From a virus (Duplodnaviria > Caudoviricetes), in IMG/VR virus record IMGVR_UViG_3300012347_000058, positions 1 through 36,672 of that record: a DNA stretch of 36,672 nt; one strand, 5' to 3'. Positions 17,256-27,261 of this stretch are shown in pieces. The notes under the pieces were generated by a model, which was not told the DNA's origin, ran no database searches, and saw nothing but the letters and a program-made list of their open reading frames with translations. The translations under genes and the position numbers were made by a program. The first letter of the stretch is position 1. Every line of letters begins with the position of its first letter.

Positions 17256-17711
17256 ATGGCATCGACCACGTTTATTGACAATCAAACGGTTATTGTTGCT
17301 GCATGGCTCAATGACGTTAACTCTGCTGTTTATGATGGTGAATCAATCAGCGGCATCTTGAACGGCTCAACACTTGCATTGCAAACTGGCGGTTTGGATG
17401 CTTTGAACATTGATGCAAGTCAGAATGTAAGCATTGCTAACTTGACTGTTACTGACACAATTGACATTACCAATGATTTAACTCTTACTGGTAATTTAGA
17501 CGTTGGCGGCAGCATTAACTTTGCTGATGGAACAAGTCAAACAACAGCCGCCTACATGGGCGCAAATAATTGTTTGTTTGAAAACAATATGACAATTACT
17601 GATGATTACACTATCACAACAGGTAGAAGCGCCAGCAGTGTTGGCCCTATCTCAATTGATAGTGGCGTGACTGTGACAATCCCAGACGGTAGCCGTTGGG
17701 TTATTTTGTAA
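17256..17711 (+). CDS. Short fibre or adaptor protein
   Basis: AAWLNDVN, FADGTSQTTAA; C-terminus homologous to that of 13249..15948. Confidence 0.7.
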   Translation: MASTTFIDNQTVIVAAWLNDVNSAVYDGESISGILNGSTLALQTGGLDALNIDASQNVSIANLTVTDTIDITNDLTLTGNLDVGGSINFADGTSQTTAAYMGANNCLFENNMTITDDYTITTGRSASSVGPISIDSGVTVTIPDGSRWVIL

Positions 17712-17720
17712 GGAAAGAAT

Positions 17721-18134
17721 ATGGCATACGGTTCGGTTTTAACAGATGTAGTGCAGTCAAGCACTGCTGGCACACCGCCTCAGTTTAATGACGGTAACGG
17801 CACTCAAATTGGTACGCTGTGTCGTGCTTGGGTGAACTTCAACGGCACAACAAGTCCAGGCACTATTCGAGCTTCGTTTAACGTAACATCTGTTACCAAG
17901 AATGCTACTGGTGATTACACGGTCAACTTTACCACCGCGATGCCTGACACGAATTATGCAGTTACAACTGCATTAACCAGAGACACAACTAACAATAACT
18001 TTGGTATGGGTCTTAATCCTGGGCAAGCAACAGGTAGCTATTACGCAACAACATTTGTTCGTATGTACGCAAGTTATGCAGGTGCTGCGACCTTATATGA
18101 CTTAACGTATGCTCATGTGGCTATTTTCCGTTAA
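17721..18134 (+). CDS. Small fibre-tip-like protein, paralog A
   Basis: RAWVNFNG...IRASFNVTSVT..TGDYTVNFTTAMPD.NY. Confidence 0.7.
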   Translation: MAYGSVLTDVVQSSTAGTPPQFNDGNGTQIGTLCRAWVNFNGTTSPGTIRASFNVTSVTKNATGDYTVNFTTAMPDTNYAVTTALTRDTTNNNFGMGLNPGQATGSYYATTFVRMYASYAGAATLYDLTYAHVAIFR

Positions 18135-18145
18135 TAGGTGAACAA

Positions 18146-18547
18146 ATGACAACAACAATCAACGCATCCCCTACAAACGGTTTAGTTCAGACTGCTGATG
18201 GCTCTGGTGTTCTCAAGGTTCAAAGTAACGGTGTTACCACCAATGCTTTGGCTTGGGTAAACTTTAACGGCACTGGCACAGTGGCTATCCGTTCAAGCTA
18301 CAACGTCAGTTCGATTACTGACAACGGTACTGGTGATTACACGATTAACTTTACGACTGCACTTGCTGATGCAAATTACTGCGGAGTGCAAATGGGAGTT
18401 AGCGCTTCTGGTGTGGCGGCTGATGCAAGAGAAAACCAAATAAACTCCACAAAAACAACGACTGCTTATCGCATTGCAGTAGTTAACTCGGTTGGTTTTG
18501 CTTTAGCAGACATAAGCTCAGTTAACGTAGCAGTATTTGGTAACTAA
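18146..18547 (+). CDS. Small fibre-tip-like protein, paralog B
   Basis: AWVNFNG...IRSSYNVSSITD.GTGDYTINFTTALAD.NY. Confidence 0.7.
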   Translation: MTTTINASPTNGLVQTADGSGVLKVQSNGVTTNALAWVNFNGTGTVAIRSSYNVSSITDNGTGDYTINFTTALADANYCGVQMGVSASGVAADARENQINSTKTTTAYRIAVVNSVGFALADISSVNVAVFGN

Positions 18548-18567
18548 TTTTTAGAGGAATCACAATC

Positions 18568-18972
18568 ATGGCACAAGTAATCATCTTCACAAACTCAAAC
18601 GGCGGCGTGAGCGTCTGCATCCCCACAGGCGAACTCGATATTCACGCTGTCAAGGCTAAAGACACACCATCAACATCAATCATCGTTCAAGATTCTGAAC
18701 TGCCCCAAGCAGACAACGACTTCTTTAACGCATGGGAACTCGCTGATGGCGTGGTGACTGTCAATTTGGACAAGGCCAAGGAAATCACCAAAACCCGTTT
18801 GCGTCAACAGCGTGAGCCTTTGCTGGCTGCACAAGACGTTCTGTTCCAACGCGCTCAAGAATCAGGCGGCGACACTTCTGCAATCGTGGCTGAGAAGCAA
18901 CGTCTGCGTGATGTGACAGGCTTGGTTGATGGCTGCGCTTCAACTGCTGAACTTCGCGCTTTGAGCGTCTAA
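18568..18972 (+). CDS. Tail fibre assembly chaperone-like protein
   Basis: LRQQREPLL...D and KQRLRDVT pattern. Confidence 0.65.
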   Translation: MAQVIIFTNSNGGVSVCIPTGELDIHAVKAKDTPSTSIIVQDSELPQADNDFFNAWELADGVVTVNLDKAKEITKTRLRQQREPLLAAQDVLFQRAQESGGDTSAIVAEKQRLRDVTGLVDGCASTAELRALSV

Positions 18973-18982
18973 GGGGTTAAAA

Positions 18983-19483
18983 ATGGCAGCAACAATTAGC
19001 GGCGACCAAACAGGCACAGTTGGCTTAATTAACGCCAAAACTGCTGTTGCCTCAACCTCTGGCACTAGCATTGACTTCACTAGCATTCCTGCTGGCGTGA
19101 AGCGTATTACTGTGATGTTTAGTGGTGTTAGCACAAGCGGAACATCAAATTTTTTAATTCAGCTTGGGGCTGGTTCTGTAACATCATCAGGTTATGTCTC
19201 TAGAGCTACTTCAATTAGCGCACAAGTTACTAACACAACAGGTTTCATTATCACGCAAGCGTTGGCTGCTGCGCCAGACACAATTACTGGAAATATTATC
19301 GTTTGTACGCTTGGCAGTAACGTATGGGTGTCTGGTGGACAGATTAACGATGTTGGACAAAACGCAATCATTATGTCTGCTGGAAACGTGACGCTTTCAG
19401 GTACTCTTGACCGTGTTCGCATCACCACTGTAAACGGCACAGACACTTTTGACGCTGGTTCAATTAACATTCTTTACGAGTAA
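18983..19483 (+). CDS. Beta-sandwich virion or fibre protein
   Basis: STSGTSIDFTSIP..VKRITV...LDRVRITT..GTDTFDAGSINILYE. Confidence 0.65.
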   Translation: MAATISGDQTGTVGLINAKTAVASTSGTSIDFTSIPAGVKRITVMFSGVSTSGTSNFLIQLGAGSVTSSGYVSRATSISAQVTNTTGFIITQALAAAPDTITGNIIVCTLGSNVWVSGGQINDVGQNAIIMSAGNVTLSGTLDRVRITTVNGTDTFDAGSINILYE

Positions 19484-19486
19484 TCT

Positions 19487-21694
19487 ATGGCAGATTTTGG
19501 TTTTATCGGGCCAAGCTATGAAGCTCCATCCATCTACCAAGATGCTCAAGAGCTGATTAACTTCTTTGGAGAAATCGACCCGATGAAACAAGCGGGAGAG
19601 CGTGGCATTGTTGCGCTTTACCCAACGCCAGGCCTTACGCAATTTGTTCAACTACCCCCAGAAGAAGAAGTGCGCGGTATGCGTACCATTTCTGGCGGTC
19701 AGTTGATGATTGCCGTTTCTGGGCCATACGTTTATGCGATTAACGCAACTGGCTCTTATTTCCTGCTTGGGTTTTTGAACTCTACGTCAGGCCGTGTCAG
19801 CATTTCCGATAATGGCATAAACGTTTACATTGTTGACGGTTCTTACCGTTACACATGGCGCATTAACAGCCTGCCAGTGACAAACTTTGTTGGCTCAGTC
19901 TCAAGCACAACGCTCACTGTGTCTTCTGTTCAATCTGGCACTATCCGTGTTGGACAGCAGATTTTTGGCGTTGGTATGCTGCCAAACACCATCATTACCG
20001 CATTGGGTACTGGTTCAGGTGGCACAGGAACTTACACGGTCAATCAGTCTCAGACCGTGACCAGCCAAACAATGAACGGTGTGCAAGCCGGCGCTACCGT
20101 TACGGCTTCAATTGGTCAGACTTTAACTGGCGTTGCTGTTAGTGGTGTTGCTGGTCAATTTACTGCAACTGCCGCTGGAACGACTTTAGAAGTTGGTCAA
20201 GCCGTAACCATTAGCGGAACTGCTGGCGGTATTGGTTCAATTGTTGGCTACACAAACCCGACAACTTACTACATCACTGCCACCAACGGAACGACAACTT
20301 TCACATTGTCAACAACTCCAACGGGAAGCGGCGTGACAACTGTGGTCGGTTCGCTTACTGGACTGACTTTTGCCGTGGCTAACACCACCATGACCATTTC
20401 GGCTGTGGCAAGCGGTGTTGCTTACCTTGGTCAAACAGTCCAAGGCGTTGGCGTAACGTCAGGAACAATCATCAATGCGTTTGGCACTGGTTCAGGTTCA
20501 ACTGGCACATACACTGTAAGTTCAGCGCAATATGTGGCTTCAGAAACCATGTATTTGCTCAACTTCAGCCAAATGCCAACCACAGACGGGGCGTTTAGCG
20601 GTGGCAATACCGTGGACATTGTTGACAACTATTTTGTTTACAACCGCCCTAATTCACAGCAATGGGGTGCAACAAACACTTTGTCGCCAATCAGCTCTGG
20701 TTTGAGTTTTGCCAGCAAAGACGGTGCGCCTGACTATTTGGTTTCGCTGATTGTTGACCACCGTGAAGTTTATTTGTTGGGTTCTGAATCGTCAGAAGTG
20801 TGGACTGATGTGGGGGCGTTTCCGTTCCCATTCCAGCGCATCCCTGGCACTTCTACCCAACACGGCATTGCCGCGCAGTATTCAATGGCTCGATTAGGCA
20901 ACTCGTTTGCTTATTTGTCAAAGAACAACCGTGGTCAGGGCATGATTGTTCAGATGAACGGTTACACGCCAACTCGCATTTCTACTCACGCAGTAGAAAA
21001 CAGTTTGCTGAACCAGACGATTGATGATGCTGTTGCTTACACTTATCAGCTTGAAGGCCATGAAATCTATGTGATTTCGTTCCCAAGCATTGACCTGACT
21101 TGGGCCTACGACACATCTACAACGATGTGGCACAAGTGGCTGTGGGTTGATTCAAACAACGTTTATCACCGTCACCGTTCTAACTGTTCGGCATCTTTCA
21201 ATGGCAATGTTTACGTTGGCGATTGGGAAAACGGCAAGATTTACCTGTTGGACACCGAGAACTACACAGACGATGGCGGTGAAATCCGCAGATTGCGCCG
21301 TTGCCCACACTTGGTTTCTGACTTGCAACGTCAATACTTTGATGAATTGCAGATTCAGTTTCAGCCTGGTGTCGGTTTGTCTGGCGTTTCAAATTCGTCT
21401 AACAGTTCTGCGATTGCTGGCATTGCTATCGCTGGTTTGGCTATTGCTGGTTCAACTGGTACGGCTTCGGCTAACGTGAACCCACAGGCAATGCTTCGCT
21501 GGTCTAATGATGGCGGTTCTACTTGGTCGCGTGAATATTGGGTTGGTATTGGTAAACAAGGCCAATACAAGAATCGTGCCATTTGGCGCAGATTGGGCAT
21601 GGCGCGTGACCGAATCTTTGAAGTGGCGATTACAGACCCGATTAAGGCTGTGATTGTATCTGCAAACCTTAAAGCAAGTGGAGCGGATAACTAA
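19487..21694 (+). CDS. Tail hub / DNA stabilisation protein (P22 gp10-like) with inserted domains
   Basis: LYPTPGL, DNG, FPFQRIPG, RISTHAVE, WSNDGGSTWS and WRRLG.AR.R motifs. Confidence 0.9.
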   Translation: MADFGFIGPSYEAPSIYQDAQELINFFGEIDPMKQAGERGIVALYPTPGLTQFVQLPPEEEVRGMRTISGGQLMIAVSGPYVYAINATGSYFLLGFLNSTSGRVSISDNGINVYIVDGSYRYTWRINSLPVTNFVGSVSSTTLTVSSVQSGTIRVGQQIFGVGMLPNTIITALGTGSGGTGTYTVNQSQTVTSQTMNGVQAGATVTASIGQTLTGVAVSGVAGQFTATAAGTTLEVGQAVTISGTAGGIGSIVGYTNPTTYYITATNGTTTFTLSTTPTGSGVTTVVGSLTGLTFAVANTTMTISAVASGVAYLGQTVQGVGVTSGTIINAFGTGSGSTGTYTVSSAQYVASETMYLLNFSQMPTTDGAFSGGNTVDIVDNYFVYNRPNSQQWGATNTLSPISSGLSFASKDGAPDYLVSLIVDHREVYLLGSESSEVWTDVGAFPFPFQRIPGTSTQHGIAAQYSMARLGNSFAYLSKNNRGQGMIVQMNGYTPTRISTHAVENSLLNQTIDDAVAYTYQLEGHEIYVISFPSIDLTWAYDTSTTMWHKWLWVDSNNVYHRHRSNCSASFNGNVYVGDWENGKIYLLDTENYTDDGGEIRRLRRCPHLVSDLQRQYFDELQIQFQPGVGLSGVSNSSNSSAIAGIAIAGLAIAGSTGTASANVNPQAMLRWSNDGGSTWSREYWVGIGKQGQYKNRAIWRRLGMARDRIFEVAITDPIKAVIVSANLKASGADN

Positions 21695-21936
21695 TGGCTG
21701 GCGGTCTTTATTCATCCCCACAAGTAAACCCTTATCCGCAGTCTGAGTTCCTTGACGGACAGACAAAGCGACCAACAAGGGCGTGGCAACAGTTCTTTTT
21801 GAACTTGTTGAACTTTTCATCGTCTGATTCTGCGACCACGGAAGCTACTGGCCCAACATTGCCAGCTAACCCTGTTGGCTTCATAAACATCACTGTAAAT
21901 GGGCAACCTTTTAAAGTTCCCTATTACAATCAATGA
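21694..21936 (+). CDS. Small tail-associated protein
   Basis: 80 aa; coupled to the gp10-like gene; TRAWQQFF and LPANPVGFI...KVPYY. Confidence 0.65.
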   Translation: MAGGLYSSPQVNPYPQSEFLDGQTKRPTRAWQQFFLNLLNFSSSDSATTEATGPTLPANPVGFINITVNGQPFKVPYYNQ

Positions 21937-21937
21937 C

Positions 21938-22381
21938 ATGACAGAATTAGTCGAAAATCATACCCCCACGCTTGCAGAAATTGAGCGTTTGCAACATGAA
22001 ATGATGCAGATGCCGCAGGCTGAATTGGACACTGAGCATTATTTTTCTGGTGGAATGTATTGCAGAAAATTGACGCGCCCTGCTGGAACGTTAATTGTCG
22101 GAAAAGTTCATAAAAAAGACCATTTTTTTATGTGCGCCAAAGGTCAAATCATTGCTTGGTCAGAAAAAGGAATGGTAACGTTAAACGCTGGCGATGTTTT
22201 AGCTTCAAAAGCTGGAACTAAGCGAGTTACTTTGGCGGTTACAGATGCAATTGGCATTACGTTTCATAAGACAAACAAAATCAATCTTGACAAAATCGAG
22301 AAAGAATTGATTGAACCAGATGAATTGGCTCTTTTTGATTCAAGTAACAAACTAAAGGTGCAAGCCTTAGAGGGGAAATAA
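21938..22381 (+). CDS. Cupin-like protein
   Basis: HYFSGGMYCR...PAGTLIVGKVHK..H and GTKR motifs; likely start MTELV at 21938. Confidence 0.65.
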   Translation: MTELVENHTPTLAEIERLQHEMMQMPQAELDTEHYFSGGMYCRKLTRPAGTLIVGKVHKKDHFFMCAKGQIIAWSEKGMVTLNAGDVLASKAGTKRVTLAVTDAIGITFHKTNKINLDKIEKELIEPDELALFDSSNKLKVQALEGK

Positions 22382-22382
22382 T

Positions 22383-23201
22383 ATGTCATGGGCAATGGCT
22401 GCGGTTGCAGCAGCAACATTAGTTAGCGGTTACATGGGTTCAAATGCGGCAGAAAATGCGGCAGAAACTCAAGCAAATGCACAGCGCGATTCTGCTGCAA
22501 TTCAAAAAGCTCAATTTGATTTGCAAAACAAACAACAGACGGGTTTTCGTTCTGCTGGTCAAAACGCTTTGTCTCAAATTGGGGCACTAGGCTCTGGTCA
22601 ATATCAAACTTACGATGAAGCTGGCAATCCTGTTGGCGGTATGCAAACTGGTTCTGGCTATTTAACCAAACAGTTTACGCCTGAAGACTTTGCTGCTGGC
22701 ATGGACCCAGGGTATGCGTTCCGTTTGAAAATGGGCCAAGAACAAGCAATGCGTCAAGCAAACTTGGGCGGTGGCGCTTTGAGTGGCAATGCTTTAGCTG
22801 GTTTACAAGATTACACACAAGGTTCTGCAAGCCAAGAATACGGCAACGCGTTTAATCGTTTCCAAACTCAACGTGGCAACATTTACAACACCTTGGCTTC
22901 AATTGCTGGTTTGGGTCAGACTTCACTTGGTCAAACGGGTCAAGCTGGCTCTGCTGCTGGCGCTAACATTGGTCAAGCAATCTCAAATGCTGGCTCTGCT
23001 GCTGCGGCTGGTCAAATTGGCTCTGCCAATGCTATGGGTGGCTCAATTCAAAACTTGGGCAATCAATATATGCTTTCACAAATGTTGAAGCCACAAGGTC
23101 AAACATTTAATAACAACACTGGCTGGTCTGGTGGTGGAAACAATACTGTTACCGTTCCAGGTCAAGGAACAACAACAATTCCAGACTATTTTGCTGCGTA
23201 A
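22383..23201 (+). CDS. DNA ejection (transfer) protein, P22 gp7-like
   Basis: Hydrophobic Ala/Gly N-terminus, DPGY.FR, LSGNAL..L.DY.Q..ASQEY. Confidence 0.8.
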   Translation: MSWAMAAVAAATLVSGYMGSNAAENAAETQANAQRDSAAIQKAQFDLQNKQQTGFRSAGQNALSQIGALGSGQYQTYDEAGNPVGGMQTGSGYLTKQFTPEDFAAGMDPGYAFRLKMGQEQAMRQANLGGGALSGNALAGLQDYTQGSASQEYGNAFNRFQTQRGNIYNTLASIAGLGQTSLGQTGQAGSAAGANIGQAISNAGSAAAAGQIGSANAMGGSIQNLGNQYMLSQMLKPQGQTFNNNTGWSGGGNNTVTVPGQGTTTIPDYFAA

Positions 23202-23210
23202 GGAATAATC

Positions 23211-24521
23211 ATGGCAGATTTCACACCAGTTGCATTAGGTATTAAGCCACCAGAAGGCATAAGCCTTGGTGACATGGTAAACATTGCCCGTGGCGCACAG
23301 GCTTTCCGTCAAGCTGAACAAGTCAATCCTTTGGCTCTTGAGCAAGCACAAGAAACAACAAAACAACAAAAGCTAAAGACTGAAACAGACCAAATGGGTT
23401 TGCTTCAAAAGCGACTTAAAAGCATTTCTGACAGTCAAATTTCAATGATTAACAACCCGTTAATTATTGCTGCCGAACAAAACCCTAAAGCAGTTGACCC
23501 TACAAAACTTGCTGAATTGGTTAAACGTAACGGCATGACTACTGCTAAGGCTTTGGGAATTCCAGAAGACCAAGCTGGTCAACTTCTTGCGCCTTACATT
23601 GAACTTGCTACAACTAACCCTGCTGGTTTGCGTCAATACTACAAAGAGCGTCACATTCAAGGTTTGGATGAAGGCGCTCGTACATCTGCACTTGGTGCAA
23701 GCGGTGTTGGTGTTAATACTGGTGCTGGTGGTTACACAGTGCAAACTGGTGAGTTTGGACCACAGCCTGCTGGTGCAGTTGTGCCTGGCACAGCTTACAC
23801 AACACAATTGCCACCAACACAGCAACTGGTTTCTCAAGCTGGCGATGGAACTGGTTTGCCGCCTGGCACTCCTTACGTCAAAGGTCCAGCAGGCGCAGAA
23901 GCTACTGGCGCTCCAAAGATGGCAACTGGCATTTCTTCTGCTGGCGCGGCTGCTGCAAACGTTACCAATGACGATTGGGCCAAAACGCAAAAAGCTGCGA
24001 CAGAAGCTCAACCACGTATTGCCATTTTCCAGAACATCAAGAAGTTTGCACCTGATGCCTTTACTGGCACTGGTGGCGCTCGTAAAGAATTGGCGGCTGG
24101 TATTCTTAACGCTGTTGGCATTTCTGCTTATGAAGCCGAAAAGGTTTCCACAGAAGAATTGGCTAAGAACTCAGCGTTGTTGGCTATGGCTGGCGGCAAC
24201 ACTGACGCAGCAAGGGCTTTGGCTGAAATTGCCAACCCAAGCAAAAAGCTGAACGAACGTGCCATTAAGGAAATTTCAAACCAAATGATTGGCATTGAGA
24301 AGATGAACCAATCTAAGGCTCAATTCCTTTCCCCTGTTGCACAAGATTCTGCCAAGTATCAAGAACGCTTGAACGTGTTTAATCAAGTGGCTGACCCACG
24401 TTTGTTCCAAGAGGCAACGCCAGAGGATGTGGCTAGAATGAAAGCCAGAATGTCCAAAGCAGAACAAGCTGATTTTGGTCGCCGTGTGCAACTGCTGAAA
24501 CAAATGGGATTGACACAATAA
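23211..24521 (+). CDS. DNA ejection protein (gp20 position)
   Basis: 436 aa Ala/Gln-rich helical protein; synteny. Confidence 0.65.
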   Translation: MADFTPVALGIKPPEGISLGDMVNIARGAQAFRQAEQVNPLALEQAQETTKQQKLKTETDQMGLLQKRLKSISDSQISMINNPLIIAAEQNPKAVDPTKLAELVKRNGMTTAKALGIPEDQAGQLLAPYIELATTNPAGLRQYYKERHIQGLDEGARTSALGASGVGVNTGAGGYTVQTGEFGPQPAGAVVPGTAYTTQLPPTQQLVSQAGDGTGLPPGTPYVKGPAGAEATGAPKMATGISSAGAAAANVTNDDWAKTQKAATEAQPRIAIFQNIKKFAPDAFTGTGGARKELAAGILNAVGISAYEAEKVSTEELAKNSALLAMAGGNTDAARALAEIANPSKKLNERAIKEISNQMIGIEKMNQSKAQFLSPVAQDSAKYQERLNVFNQVADPRLFQEATPEDVARMKARMSKAEQADFGRRVQLLKQMGLTQ

Positions 24522-26524
24522 TGGCAACAGTCGCTGACCTTTGGGGTGAACCAGAAGTAAAGCCTAAAGGTGGCGCTTCTGACATTTCGCCCAAGCAAAA
24601 ATCATTCAGTACCTACAAAGATGGTATTGTAATTAACGAGCAAGCTGCTCCACAACAACCACAAGGCTCAACCATTGCTGACTTGTGGGAATCTACGCCC
24701 GCGGCAACTCCTGCTCAACTAAAGCAACAGTCTGGCAGCATTGTTGGCGATGCAATCAAAACTGGCTTTGAAATGCGCCAGAAATTGCAAGGCGCTGGTG
24801 AAGTTGGCTTGACCGCTTTGACAGGCGCTGTGGCGGCTCCATTGGCTGCGGCTACTGGTCTTGTTTCTGCGGTTCGTTCTGGCAAGTTTGGCACTAAAGA
24901 GGGCGTTCGCGCTGGTGAAGAACAAGCTGCAAACTTGATGGGTCAAATGACTTATCAACCACGCACAGAAAAAGGCCAAGAGTACATTCAAGGGTTGCAA
25001 AAAGCCTTTGAAGCAAGCAAATTGCCGCCTGTTGGAGTTCCTGAAGCCGCTGGCTTGGCTTCTGTTGCTGGCGCTGCTACTGAACAAGCACTTGGCGCAC
25101 CTGGTCAACTAAAAGCAGGATTCCAAAAACTAAAGGCTGAATTGCCAACTGTGCGTGTTGAAAAAGCTGCTGCTGGGGGATTGCAATCTGGTGGTGCTGC
25201 TGCTAGAACAAACCAAGCTGCCGTTGTGTCTGCATTGGAAAGCGCCAGCCCTGAACTTCAGCAATCATTGAAAGATGTGCCTGTCAATCAGGTTAATTTG
25301 CCTGTTCTTGAACGCCACGTTGAAGCTGATTCTTTGCCAATTCCTGTGCGTTTGACTGAAGGTCAAGCAACTCAAGACATTCACAAAATTTCAAATGAAA
25401 TGAATGGCAGGGCTAAGAATCCTGAATTGGCTAATCGTTTGAATGAGCAGAATGGTCAATTGATTGAGAACTTGAACGCCATTCGTGACAACGCAGCGCC
25501 TAATGTTTTTGGCACTACTCACGTTGAAAATGGTCAAGCCTTAATCAATTCTTACAAAGAAATTGACAATCAGCTTAAAGCAGGCATCAATCAGAAATAC
25601 ACAGCACTTAAAGATGCTGCTGGTGGTGATTTCCCTGTTGATGGCGCAGCAGTTGCTGACAATACTTTCAAAAATCTCAAGAAAGAATTGAAGACCGATT
25701 ATTTGCCAACTCCTATTGCAAAGCAATTGGAAGCCTTTAAAGGCGGTGAGCAAATGACGTTTGAGCAATTTGAAGCATTGCGTACAAACTTGGCTGCTGA
25801 AGTTCGTAAAGCTGAACGCGCTGGCGATGGAAACACTATTGCTGCTTGTAACGTAGCGCGTCAGGCTTTGGAAGATTTGCCATTGACGGGCGCTGCTTCT
25901 GAACTCAAGCCATTGGCTGATGCTGCTCGCGCAGCCGCAAAAGAACGCTTTGATTTGCTTGGCAAGGACAAGGCTTACAAAGCCGCTATCAACGGCACTG
26001 TGGCTGCTGATGACTTTATCAACAAATATGTTGTGAACGGCAAAAAGGCTGATGTTGACCAGATGATTCAAATTCTTGGTCAAGATTCCGCTGCCCGTGA
26101 AACAATGGCTGCTGGCATGGTCAACTGGCTTAAAAACAAAGCTGGTGTTATCAATGAGAACGGTAACTTTAGCCAAGCTGGTTACAACAAAGCATTGGCA
26201 CAAGTTGACCCTAAGTTACTGGCTATTGTTGGCCCTGATGTTGAAAAGCAATTGAAAACATTGGGCAACGTTGCGCGATACACACAAGTTCGACCAAAAG
26301 GCAGTTATGTGAATGAATCAAACACATTCACAGCCATGATGGGCGACAAAGCCAAATCTGGCGCTGAACAAGCAGTCAACTTAGGCAGCATGAAAGCTGG
26401 CATCCCATTGCCTTTGGGCAGCATGGGTCGCCAATATTTAGCCAATCGTGCAGAAGCAAAACAACTCAAACAATCATTGCAGCCTGGCGCTGGCGTTCAA
26501 TTAAAAGACATTGGTAAGGACTAA
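24521..26524 (+). CDS. DNA ejection protein (gp16 position)
   Basis: 667 aa Ala-rich helical; TYQPRTE.G and LT.GQAT motifs; synteny. Confidence 0.7.
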   Translation: MATVADLWGEPEVKPKGGASDISPKQKSFSTYKDGIVINEQAAPQQPQGSTIADLWESTPAATPAQLKQQSGSIVGDAIKTGFEMRQKLQGAGEVGLTALTGAVAAPLAAATGLVSAVRSGKFGTKEGVRAGEEQAANLMGQMTYQPRTEKGQEYIQGLQKAFEASKLPPVGVPEAAGLASVAGAATEQALGAPGQLKAGFQKLKAELPTVRVEKAAAGGLQSGGAAARTNQAAVVSALESASPELQQSLKDVPVNQVNLPVLERHVEADSLPIPVRLTEGQATQDIHKISNEMNGRAKNPELANRLNEQNGQLIENLNAIRDNAAPNVFGTTHVENGQALINSYKEIDNQLKAGINQKYTALKDAAGGDFPVDGAAVADNTFKNLKKELKTDYLPTPIAKQLEAFKGGEQMTFEQFEALRTNLAAEVRKAERAGDGNTIAACNVARQALEDLPLTGAASELKPLADAARAAAKERFDLLGKDKAYKAAINGTVAADDFINKYVVNGKKADVDQMIQILGQDSAARETMAAGMVNWLKNKAGVINENGNFSQAGYNKALAQVDPKLLAIVGPDVEKQLKTLGNVARYTQVRPKGSYVNESNTFTAMMGDKAKSGAEQAVNLGSMKAGIPLPLGSMGRQYLANRAEAKQLKQSLQPGAGVQLKDIGKD

Positions 26525-26526
26525 AA

Positions 26527-27054
26527 ATGGCAGTAAATTTATCCCCTATTGGTAACGGCTTTCAATTCTTTACCACCACAGGCATCCCACTTTCAGGCGG
26601 TTTGCTCTACGCATACGTTGCTGGTTCGTCTACGCCATTGTCAACTTTCACAAGTTCATCTGGCCTGATTGCCAACACCAACCCAATCGTATTGGGGACT
26701 GATGGTCGCCCACCTTCTGAGATTTGGTTAACTGATGGCAGTTCATACAAGTTTGTTTTGGCTGATTCTGCCAACGTAATCATTCAAACTTACGACAACA
26801 TCGCTGGTATTTTGACAAGTGCGCCAGCTACGTCTGAAGTGCCAACAGGCTGCATCTTGATGTGGTCTGGTGCTATTGCATCCATTCCAACTGGTTACGT
26901 TCTGTGTAACGGCTCAAACGGCACACCTGACTTGCGTGACAAGTTTGTGGTTGGCGCTGGCAATTCTTACGTTGTGGGTGCTACATCAAACACCACAGGC
27001 ACAGGCTCTAATTTGCCAGCCTACTACGCATTGGCATATATCCAAAAGAGTTAA
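26527..27054 (+). CDS. Short tail fibre: virion-attachment domain plus tail collar domain
   Basis: G.PLSGG.LY.Y.AG.STP...NTNPIVL..GR and P.G.I.MWSG...IP.GY.LCNG.NGTPDLRDKF. Confidence 0.82.
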   Translation: MAVNLSPIGNGFQFFTTTGIPLSGGLLYAYVAGSSTPLSTFTSSSGLIANTNPIVLGTDGRPPSEIWLTDGSSYKFVLADSANVIIQTYDNIAGILTSAPATSEVPTGCILMWSGAIASIPTGYVLCNGSNGTPDLRDKFVVGAGNSYVVGATSNTTGTGSNLPAYYALAYIQKS

Positions 27055-27056
27055 TC

Positions 27057-27260
27057 ATGGCAACAGTTGACGCAACAGAGGCCCGTTTGTCTACGCACGA
27101 AGAAGTTTGTGCGCTCAGATATGAAAAAATCAATGAAACGTTAGAAAACGGCGACAAGCGCATGACCAAAATCGAATACTTGTTGTATGCGGTAATGGCT
27201 GCGGTGTTGCTTGGCCCTGGCGTTGCTGCTGAGTTCTTCAAAAAGCTAATCGGTCTGTGA
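27057..27260 (+). CDS. Small membrane protein (coiled coil plus one TM; holin/antiholin-like)
   Basis: HEEVCALRY coiled coil, then LLYAVMAAVLLG. Confidence 0.65.
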   Translation: MATVDATEARLSTHEEVCALRYEKINETLENGDKRMTKIEYLLYAVMAAVLLGPGVAAEFFKKLIGL

Positions 27261-27261
27261 T

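Noticed and set aside
17721-18547. Paralogous tip genes as a possible diversity-generating retroelement or invertible cassette
   Set aside because: No reverse transcriptase or invertase; differences are not adenine-specific; no flanking inverted repeats seen
23587-24252. 221 aa alternative-frame ORF inside an ejection gene
   Set aside because: Leu/Val-rich by-product of GCT/GGT codon bias, with no motif or convincing start, unlike the MTase overlap
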